This document shows, one piece after another, positions 56,129 through 64,000 of a stretch of 64,000 nucleotides of DNA. How positions within the stretch are numbered: the first letter of the stretch is position 1; each line of letters opens with the position of its first letter. Both the position numbers and the translations under genes were made by a program. The DNA comes from Myxococcota bacterium. GTDB taxonomy: Bacteria; Myxococcota_A; SURF-8. The notes under the pieces were generated by a model, which did not search any database, was not told the origin of the DNA, and was given only the letters and a program-made list of their open reading frames with translations. Location of the stretch: assembly GCA_965140415.1 (NCBI GenBank), contig OZ223209.1, positions 5,152,001-5,216,000 on the forward strand, given 5' to 3'.

Positions 56129-57655
56129 ATGTCCGAACGCGTTCGCTGGGAAAATCATATCAAGGTCAGCACCATGGATTCGCTTGTGCGCATTGCCAAG
56201 GCGCTGCCGGATATCCGCAAACATTCGCGCGCGGCGGATAAACTCGTTAATGAGTTGCAACCGCTCGATGTCGAACTGCCACTGCCGTCGAACGAACGGA
56301 TGTTGTCGTGGATCCAAGAGATCGCCTCGACACCGCATCGACGTCCGGGTACAGAGGAAGGACGCAAGGCGGAGGATTGGGCCATCGAGCGCTTCAAGGA
56401 AATCGGGCTAGACAACGTCCAGGCGGACCCGGTGCCCATCACGGTCTGGACGGCCTCCCGCTGGTCATTGCACATCGAAGGAGAGGCACTAGCCAGCTTC
56501 TTCATCTTGAACACCGGCTTTACCGGGTCGGAAGGGATCAGTGCGCCACTGGTCTACGTCGGCAAGGGGCGACCCCAGGATTTCGAGAAGGCGGACGTCA
56601 ATGGAAAAATCGTGGTGGCTGAAACCGCCTTTCCGCCGTTACCTTCTGGACTGCTGATGAAAGGCATCAAAGCCTGCTACCATCTTTCCGATCCTGAAAA
56701 CGAACTGAAGCTGGGCGACGTGCAGTATCTGAACTTCGTGCGACGCAATTTCGTAGGAGGCTCCGCTTCGGTGGAGGAAGCCCCGGATCGCGAGGTTTAC
56801 TGGCAGGCGGTCAAACACGGCGCGGTCGGAATCTGCCTTATTCTGAAGAGCCAACCCTCCGGCAGCAACAGCCACTATGGACCATACGACGGTCTCATGA
56901 AACCGATGCCGGGTCTGTGGATCGGTAAATTCGAAGGCGACACGCTGCGGCGCGCAGCCAAAAAGAACGCCAACGCCACAATCGTTTTGCAGGGAGAGCA
57001 GAAACCCGGAGAAATGCGCAACGTATGGGGCGTGCTGCCCGGAGTATCCGAAGAAACCATCCTGATGACCTCGCATCTGGACAGCCCCTTCCAGGGCGCG
57101 GTGGAAGACGCCTCGGGCATTGCGCAGGTATTGGCACAGGCCGAAGCATGGTCGAAAATTCCAATGGAGCAGCGCCCGCGAACGCTGGTGTTCGTGGCCG
57201 GCTCCGGGCATTTTTACGGTTCGGAGGGTGGGCACGCCTTTGCTAGCACACACAAGGAGTTGATGCAGCGCACCCGTATCCTGCTTACGCTCGAACATCT
57301 GGGAGGGAAAGAGGTGCGCGAACAGGGGCGCAGCTATCAGGAAACCGGACGACTGGCCTTGTCGGTTTTATTCACCACGCCTGATCCTGCCGTTATCGCT
57401 ACGGTAAAAAAAGCGCTCTCGACACACCCGACCCGCATGAGCGCCGCCATTCCGTCTACGCTATTCGGACCGGTGCCCACCACGGATGCCATGGGCTACG
57501 TGCTGGAATCCGGTGTCCCGGTAATTTCGTGGATCGGCTGCCCGTACTATCTGCTGGACGAGCATGACACGCTGGATAAAATCGATGCGGCCAGCTTGCA
57601 GGATTTCAGTAAAGCGGTAGGCGAACTCGTTAAATTACACATGACGGCGCAATAA
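56129..57655 (+). CDS. M28-family metallohydrolase with PA domain, atypical motifs
   Basis: HRRPGT, APLVYVGKG..D...DVNGKIVV (PA), SHLDS, EDASG, HDTLDKID. Confidence 0.75.
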   Translation: MSERVRWENHIKVSTMDSLVRIAKALPDIRKHSRAADKLVNELQPLDVELPLPSNERMLSWIQEIASTPHRRPGTEEGRKAEDWAIERFKEIGLDNVQADPVPITVWTASRWSLHIEGEALASFFILNTGFTGSEGISAPLVYVGKGRPQDFEKADVNGKIVVAETAFPPLPSGLLMKGIKACYHLSDPENELKLGDVQYLNFVRRNFVGGSASVEEAPDREVYWQAVKHGAVGICLILKSQPSGSNSHYGPYDGLMKPMPGLWIGKFEGDTLRRAAKKNANATIVLQGEQKPGEMRNVWGVLPGVSEETILMTSHLDSPFQGAVEDASGIAQVLAQAEAWSKIPMEQRPRTLVFVAGSGHFYGSEGGHAFASTHKELMQRTRILLTLEHLGGKEVREQGRSYQETGRLALSVLFTTPDPAVIATVKKALSTHPTRMSAAIPSTLFGPVPTTDAMGYVLESGVPVISWIGCPYYLLDEHDTLDKIDAASLQDFSKAVGELVKLHMTAQ

Positions 57656-57692
57656 GCTTACGTCTTCAGCGCGATGTACTTACTTGGCACGC

Positions 57693-60600
57693 CTAGACAT
57701 CACCCGATTTTTCGGAGTCCAGCACCTCGCGCACCTTCTGCACCAGCGACTGCGGCCCGTAGGGTTTACCCAGGAAATTGATCCCCTTTTCCAGCACACC
57801 ATGATGGGCAATGACATTTTCCGTATAGCCGGAAGTAAACAGCACCTTCAATTTTGGATTCATCGCAGTCAGTCGGGTCGCCAACTCGCGGCCATTCATC
57901 GTCGGCATCACAATATCGGTCAATAACAGATCCACATTTAGCCGATCCTTTTCCACCATGGCAATGGCAGTTGCTCCCGTGTCCGCGTGATGCACCTTGT
58001 ATCCCTGACGCGCCAGGATCTTGATGGCAATATTGCGCACCATGGACTCGTCTTCCACAACCAGTACACTCTCCGTGCCCATCGGCAAGCCGCTCCAAAC
58101 CGAACCCCGAGTTAATTCCTCCACCTTTTCATGCACTCTCGGCAAGTATACTTTGAACGTGGTACCTTTACCCAACTCGGAGTAGATCTTGATATGACCG
58201 CTATGCTGCTTGATCACGCCATAGGTTGTCGCCAAGCCCAGTCCGGTTCCTTTACCTTCTTTCTTCGTAGTAAAAAACGGATCGAACACCATCCGCTGTG
58301 TCTGTAAATCCATTCCCTCCCCGTTATCGGAAACGGCCAGCATCACGTAATCACCCGGTTCCACCTGAGAGTTAGCCCGGCAGTAGTCTTCGTCCAAAAC
58401 GACATTGCCGGTTTCGATGGTCAACTTTCCACCATCGGGCATGGCGTCTCTGGCATTGACGACGAGATTGACCAGCACCTGCTCTACCTGTCCCGGATCT
58501 ACCTTGATACGCCCCAGTTCTTTCTTTGGAATCGTGCGCAGATCGATGTCCTCGCCGATCAAGCGTTGCAACATATTGTGCATGGACTTGATCACCTGGT
58601 TCAGATCCAGCACTTTCGGATCGATGATCTGTTTGCGGGAGAACGCCAGTAACTGCCGGGTCAATGACGCGGCGCTGTCGGCAGCCTTTTTGATTTCCCC
58701 CAACGTTTCGATTAACGGGTCTCCCTGGGATAAATCCATCAAAGCCAGGGTAACATTGCCTGTAATTCCAGTAAGCAGGTTGTTGAAATCGTGCGCCACG
58801 CCTCCAGCCAGCCTTCCAATAGATTCCATCTTCTGCGCCTGGCGGAACTGTTCTTCCAGTTTCTTGTTTTCATCTTCCGCTTGCTTCAGATCCGTAATAT
58901 CCGGGAACACCGCAATACCTGCAATCGCTTTCCTAGTATCATCCAGAATCGGCGCCGCATGCATCCAGACGACCCGGTCTTGTTCGTCCGGTCTGTGGAT
59001 CACCAGTTGCCGATCTCCGGTTTCTCCGAATTTGATCGCACGCACCAAGGGAATTTCATCCCTCTGACATATCGAACCATCCAGATGATGTATCAACCAA
59101 CTATCGATGTAGGTTTCTGTCTCTTCTCCATCCTGCCGTTGCCCGTTTCCTTTCCCCTTGATCCGCAAAGCCGCATCGTTGGCATAGCGGATCTTGGCAT
59201 CGGGTGCATCGGCAATCACGATGCCGGCAGGACTGCAATCCATGGCAGCTTGCAACAAGGCATTTGCCTGCTGCAATGCGGTTTCCGCTTTCTTCCTTTC
59301 CGTAATGTCTCGCGTCACACCCTGCAAGGCAATCGGAGCACCAAGATCATCAAGAATAACCTTGCCAACAATCTCAACAGGGAATCGCTCTCCACTCTTC
59401 TTGATGAATACAGACTCGAAAACCACGCCTCGATTTTCCGAATCATTCATCATTTCGCCGCCGGCAATCTCCGCCATCTTGACGAATTCCTCCTCATCGC
59501 AATGGTCGGACAAATTCGTTCCGATCCATTCTTCAGGCGAAAACCCCGTAAGCTGAACGATCGACGGATTGACGTAGGTGAAAGTCAGGTTTAAATCCAT
59601 CAGCCAGATGACATCCAGCGTATTATCCGCTAACAGGCGATAGCGGCTCTCGCTGTCGATCAGCGACTGCTCCATTTTCCTTCGCTTTGTGATATCCCGA
59701 ATGGTAGAAAACACGCCGACCACCTGCCCCTGCTCGTCTCTCATCGGTCCGCAGATATCCGAAACCCAAATGATGTTTCCCTCGCGCGATCGTGCTTTAA
59801 ACTCCTTTGCCGGCGGAAACTCTCCCCTTAAAGCTTGTTCTAAGCGTTCAACAACTCCAACTTTCTCCAAGAAGGGGAATAGCTCCGTTGCAGGTTGATT
59901 CAGTACTTCCTTCTCTGCAAATCCACTTAACCTTTCCATGAATGGATTCCACATTTTGAAGTTAAGGTCCGTATCGTAAACGATGATACCTTCATTGACG
60001 TTGTTGATGATGTCCGCCAACAATCGATCTTTCTCGCCGATGGTCGCCTCGGCTTTTTTCGCCTCTGTAATATCAGTTGCGATAAGCATCACCCGATCGG
60101 AATCAAACTTCTTTTCCAGTTTCACCAATCGTATTCTTGCCCAGTTTCCCTTTATGATTTGGCATTCGAATTCCTGCATCTCCCCGGTAGCAAAGCATAA
60201 CTCAACCTTTGCTCGATTCAGTTTCTTCGCTCCTTCCGACATAATCCCGATGCAATCCGAGTTGAGCAATTCCTTGGCCGTATACTTTCCAATACGTTCC
60301 CGGTTAACACTTACAATTTTCATCTCTCGATTGATGACGAGAATCAGATCCGGTGAATTGGCAAACTGTGTCTGTAGCAGTGTTTTGTTTTCATTCAACG
60401 CCAACTCGGCACGCCTTCGCCCGATCATATCCATGGCTAATCCTGCCAGCGTTTGCACCTTTCTCACATCCAACTCGGTGTATTCAGTCGGCTTGTTTCC
60501 CAATCCAATAATCGCCGTTACCTTCCCGTTTTGAATGATGGGAACCGTTAATTCCCGAATCACAGGCGGATGCCCTTCCGGCAATCCTTTCTTGTTCAGA

Positions 60601-62027
60601 CAAGACTTATAATCATTGTGAATCACGGGTTCTCTCGTACCAATGCACTCCACCCATACACCAGCCTGATCAACTGAATAATGCAGGCCTCTTCCTGCTG
60701 CCTGACATTTGTTTTCTATCGTGTTGGTCGACCAATTCTGTAAACTCAATGATTGCTGATCTTCATTTACAAAATGAAAAAAGCCGATGTCGCTGTCTGT
60801 CAGCATTTCCGCCTGATCCAGGCAGTATTGCAAAATCGTATCGATATCCGCATCTGCCAATCTTTCGGACAATTCAAGACGGGAGCGCAACAATAATTCC
60901 GTGGTCTTCGTTTCGGTAACATCGCTATGCGATCCACGCATGTGGGCGGCATTTCCTGCTTTATCCAGCACAACCGAGGCCTGCGCAAGAATCCAGCGGT
61001 AGGTTCCGTTCTTGTGTTTAAAGCGAAACTCGATCTGAAAGTCCGACCTTGTTTCTTTAATCGAGCGATTGACTTGTTCCCTTACCCAGGGCAGATCTTC
61101 CGGATGAACCCGGCTCTCCCATTCCATGAAATCATCGCCGATTTCACTGTCCTGATATCCGATCTGACTCTTCCATTCGGTGGAGTAGCGTACCTTGTTC
61201 GTTTTAAGATTCCAGTCCCACAAGCCTACATTGGCGGCCTTGATCGCTTCGATTTCGCGTTGGTTCGCCTCTTGAATTTGCGCTTCAGCTTGTTTTCGTT
61301 CGCTGATATCGACATGAGTTCCCACAACACGTATGGCTTTTCCGTCTTCATCTCGATAGGCGGTGGCCCTGGATAACACATCCACCCAATGACCATCTTT
61401 GTGAAGCATCTTGAATTCAGTTTCAAAGCGCTCACGCTTTCCTTGCAGATGTTCGTTCAGGATCTCCCAACTTCGCTTGACATCCTCTTTATTCGTCAAT
61501 TGCTCCCATACCGAGAAATCATTTTTAATTTCATCATCTTCATATCCAAGTATGCGTTTCCAACCGGGGGAAAAATAGATTTCATTGGTGGTCAGGTTCC
61601 AATCGAAAATGCCATCGCGGGAGGCGTCCATAGCCAGATTGAAGCGATCTTCGCTCCTCTGCAACTCCTTTGTACGAATTTCCACCAAAGTTTGCAGACG
61701 TTCTTTATCTAAGGCCACCAAGTGCTGATTCTCAAGTTTTTCAAGTATCACAGCGAGCATGTTGGCAGCATTTTTAATCAACGATAGGGTTTCCGGTGTC
61801 CCTTCACCGTTGGGAGCCTGGACTTCCAGTATCCCGTATTTTTTATTGAATGTAGCAACAGGAACTTGCTGCCGGTTTCCTTCCTCTTTATCCTCCAACC
61901 ATTTCAATGAAATAGGATGAAACAGATCCTGTAGCGCGTCCTGAAATATCGTTTTAATTCGATCGGCAGATGTCTGCTGGCTTAGATTGATCAGCAGCAA
62001 TAACAGATCGTGCGCGGCGTTGGTCAT
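57693..62027 (-). CDS. Cytoplasmic multi-PAS/GAF hybrid histidine kinase
   Basis: Repeated PAS/PAC ends (DISERK, DITKRRK, DITERKK), GAF, AGGVAHDFNNLL, C-terminal REC LLLTDIVMP. Confidence 0.94.
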   Translation of the reverse strand: MTNAAHDLLLLLINLSQQTSADRIKTIFQDALQDLFHPISLKWLEDKEEGNRQQVPVATFNKKYGILEVQAPNGEGTPETLSLIKNAANMLAVILEKLENQHLVALDKERLQTLVEIRTKELQRSEDRFNLAMDASRDGIFDWNLTTNEIYFSPGWKRILGYEDDEIKNDFSVWEQLTNKEDVKRSWEILNEHLQGKRERFETEFKMLHKDGHWVDVLSRATAYRDEDGKAIRVVGTHVDISERKQAEAQIQEANQREIEAIKAANVGLWDWNLKTNKVRYSTEWKSQIGYQDSEIGDDFMEWESRVHPEDLPWVREQVNRSIKETRSDFQIEFRFKHKNGTYRWILAQASVVLDKAGNAAHMRGSHSDVTETKTTELLLRSRLELSERLADADIDTILQYCLDQAEMLTDSDIGFFHFVNEDQQSLSLQNWSTNTIENKCQAAGRGLHYSVDQAGVWVECIGTREPVIHNDYKSCLNKKGLPEGHPPVIRELTVPIIQNGKVTAIIGLGNKPTEYTELDVRKVQTLAGLAMDMIGRRRAELALNENKTLLQTQFANSPDLILVINREMKIVSVNRERIGKYTAKELLNSDCIGIMSEGAKKLNRAKVELCFATGEMQEFECQIIKGNWARIRLVKLEKKFDSDRVMLIATDITEAKKAEATIGEKDRLLADIINNVNEGIIVYDTDLNFKMWNPFMERLSGFAEKEVLNQPATELFPFLEKVGVVERLEQALRGEFPPAKEFKARSREGNIIWVSDICGPMRDEQGQVVGVFSTIRDITKRRKMEQSLIDSESRYRLLADNTLDVIWLMDLNLTFTYVNPSIVQLTGFSPEEWIGTNLSDHCDEEEFVKMAEIAGGEMMNDSENRGVVFESVFIKKSGERFPVEIVGKVILDDLGAPIALQGVTRDITERKKAETALQQANALLQAAMDCSPAGIVIADAPDAKIRYANDAALRIKGKGNGQRQDGEETETYIDSWLIHHLDGSICQRDEIPLVRAIKFGETGDRQLVIHRPDEQDRVVWMHAAPILDDTRKAIAGIAVFPDITDLKQAEDENKKLEEQFRQAQKMESIGRLAGGVAHDFNNLLTGITGNVTLALMDLSQGDPLIETLGEIKKAADSAASLTRQLLAFSRKQIIDPKVLDLNQVIKSMHNMLQRLIGEDIDLRTIPKKELGRIKVDPGQVEQVLVNLVVNARDAMPDGGKLTIETGNVVLDEDYCRANSQVEPGDYVMLAVSDNGEGMDLQTQRMVFDPFFTTKKEGKGTGLGLATTYGVIKQHSGHIKIYSELGKGTTFKVYLPRVHEKVEELTRGSVWSGLPMGTESVLVVEDESMVRNIAIKILARQGYKVHHADTGATAIAMVEKDRLNVDLLLTDIVMPTMNGRELATRLTAMNPKLKVLFTSGYTENVIAHHGVLEKGINFLGKPYGPQSLVQKVREVLDSEKSGDV

Positions 62028-62041
62028 TATTTTTCCCCCAT

Positions 62042-62701
62042 CTACTCACCGGGAAGCAGGAACTCCGGAGCATGATTGCGAAGCCAGATCGCCGGATCGA
62101 TAAAGTACGGGTTTTCCATGATCATATCGCCGTTAATGACGTAGGGATGAGTCTGTAACACCTGCATAATCGTCTTGCCTGAAAACTTTGTAACGTTATA
62201 AAAACAAATCGAAATCCAGGGTTTTTCCGGAATGAAGAAATTCAGGCGTGCTTCATACGCCATTAGATGCTCCGCGCCTGGAATCGCTTCCAAAGCCCAA
62301 ACCATCTCCGCAGTGGCACGAATGTTACGCTTTCCCTCTTTCTGGCTCTGCTTGTAAAACTCTTTTAAACTGGTATCCATCTGAAACGGAGAAAATTCAC
62401 CGTCCGGATAATACAGTTCCTTTGTGGAAAAAAATTGAAAGCGTGATTTATCTTTTGTGTGCGACGCGCAATGCGGACAATAGCGAGCGTAGCATTGATG
62501 AAAGTCTTCTTCGGTGCGTTCGGTCGGGCAATATAGCTGCAAATCCCCGGCTAAATCTCCACTGCTTAAAAAACCGAGGAGAATTTCGTCTCGTTTCTTT
62601 TCGGTTTCATACAGACCGGCGATATGCATTCCCCAGTTGCAGGTATACTCGCCAAATCCCAATTGAAGTTTTTCCTGATCCGATGTTTGAATATGCGGCA
62701 T
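62042..62701 (-). CDS. MEDS (DcmR-like sensory) domain protein
   Basis: HIAGLYET, IRATAEMVW, YEARLNFF, ICFYN..F....I..VLQTHPYVI...ENPYF. Confidence 0.8.
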   Translation of the reverse strand: MPHIQTSDQEKLQLGFGEYTCNWGMHIAGLYETEKKRDEILLGFLSSGDLAGDLQLYCPTERTEEDFHQCYARYCPHCASHTKDKSRFQFFSTKELYYPDGEFSPFQMDTSLKEFYKQSQKEGKRNIRATAEMVWALEAIPGAEHLMAYEARLNFFIPEKPWISICFYNVTKFSGKTIMQVLQTHPYVINGDMIMENPYFIDPAIWLRNHAPEFLLPGE

Positions 62702-63466
62702 TGTGTTTCTCCCCAGAAGTGAAATGCAGGATTCTCAATTCAGCTTTTCTCGGGTACTGATCGCTCGCACTCCAACAGGACTCCCCCGATACCATCGCAA
62801 GTTTTCTCTGCGCTCAGTTTACTACTTTTATTGCTGATTTCAATACTATTGATTGTCTCTCTTTTTTACCCTATAGTTTTCATTATAATCCATATAATTT
62901 ATCCACTATATTTTACAAACATGTCAGTTATCTCGTAGAATTCTTACTCTGCGTAGGTTCCAGAAACGCTGACATTCAAAATCTCGTTGTTTTCCAAACA
63001 ATTACGTCTCTTGCAATTCAAGTATCAGATCTCCTTTATCTGCATCACAGATCCTTACCAAAGAGTAAGTCCCAACCACAATAGCGACTGGAAAATTGAA
63101 ATTTCTTCCAATGTCACAATGGAAAAATAATGTCATCTTTTTTCTGGCGGGAATGGTGAAATCAGTGATTTTGCCACTAAAAGTGCAAGTTGCTCGATTT
63201 CTACGACTGAATTGGGTGGCGTTTTGCATAACACCAACGGACCGTAAATGACCAGTTACTGCCCCTAAACGCACGTATCCACGCAGTTGGAAAATGGGAG
63301 TTATTGCAGATTTCAGGCGTTTTTCATGGTTCTCTGCAAGTTTCAATCCGTAAGGACACTTGCCTGGTGCTTGTTAGTGTTTGTTAGTGTATGTTTCGTG
63401 TTGATTTCGGTGCAGATGCACATAGGAAGGTGTATGAGGCAGCAGGAGGTACTATCGGCTGATTGC

Positions 63467-63826
63467 TTATTTATTTTCTACTTTTTCACGAGGTCCGAAA
63501 AGCTTCTCCAGACCGACCGCCAAAATGACGTTCCCCGCTCCCACGCTGAAACCGATAAGCGACACCTGCCCCCAAAATAACAGGGCTACAGCCACAGCCG
63601 ACCAGGATAATATCTTCAACGGCAAGATCCCCACAAACACCAGCGGTTTGTCGGGCAGAAGCTTCAATGCAAGTAAGATCGTCGTAACCAGACCGCCAGT
63701 CATAATCGCGCCACCGGAAAGAATACCCGAAATATGAACGCCATAGCCCATCTGCAACGCAACGAGCACCATGATGATACTGATCACCAGGCTGGCGATG
63801 ACGATCCAAATCTGCCGACGATCCAT
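63467..63826 (-). CDS. Small four-TM membrane protein, possibly AtpI-like
   Basis: GGGAG RBS; four hydrophobic helices, GILSGGAI..LKILSW..VSLIGFSVG pattern. Confidence 0.6.
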   Translation of the reverse strand: MDRRQIWIVIASLVISIIMVLVALQMGYGVHISGILSGGAIMTGGLVTTILLALKLLPDKPLVFVGILPLKILSWSAVAVALLFWGQVSLIGFSVGAGNVILAVGLEKLFGPREKVENK

Positions 63827-63923
63827 AGCGACACTCCCTTGACGAGGAAAATTCGACCTCGCACAAGCTACCGGAAAGACTAGCAGTCTGTCAATCTTTC
63901 ATCGGCAGCATAATTTGTAGTGC

Positions 63924-63955
63924 AAAAAAATCCCCCGACTCCAACGAGCCGGGGA
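63924..63955 (-). terminator. Rho-independent terminator of an upstream minus-strand transcript
   Basis: Minus strand CCCCGGCTC-GTTG-GAGTCGGGG followed by a T run. Confidence 0.75.
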
Positions 63956-64000
63956 CGTTCATTTGTTTTTTTCCGGGATTGCGAGTGGTTATTCCTGTTC

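Noticed and set aside
63002-63346. 114-aa ORF and attC-like GCAATAAC...GTTATGC pairing on the minus strand
   Set aside because: No recognisable motif or clear RBS; box spacing is not canonical and no integrase or cassette array is present

Overview
Bacterial chromosomal window of mostly moderate-to-high GC. Gene content (sigma-54 promoters, 2-hydroxyacyl-CoA dehydratase family genes, flhA-flhF-flhG-fliA, lipoproteins with acidic DGD repeats) suggests a deltaproteobacteria-like (Desulfobacterota/Myxococcota-type) organism; this is inference. In order: end of a nucleotide-sugar operon; a minus-strand cluster of GMC oxidoreductase, TetR, a helical protein, two dehydratase/BCR-like subunits, two HgdC-like activators, a stand-alone acetyl-CoA synthase middle-domain protein and a CooC-like ATPase; a lipoprotein built from four near-identical 630-bp repeats beside a CarH/LitR-like B12 photoreceptor and an unannotated 53-aa ORF; a degenerate acyl-CoA synthetase, rsmI, yraN and a CRR6-domain fusion; surface proteins; an AT-richer NACHT-pentapeptide gene and a Sel1/Hcp-like Cys-repeat gene; a flagellar block; a mosaic of REP-like palindromes; a sigma-54 operon with three kinases, an NtrC-type activator and a receiver-DASS transporter fusion; a cobalamin riboswitch in front of an uncharacterised 84-aa ORF; and a MEDS protein with a large PAS/GAF hybrid kinase. 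No rRNA, tRNA, CRISPR array, transposase or reverse transcriptase was seen. Best candidates for undescribed systems are the ACS-domain/CooC/BCR-like cluster, the riboswitch-controlled small protein, the putative CarH regulon and the REC-DASS operon. Family calls come from motif recognition by eye, not database searches.
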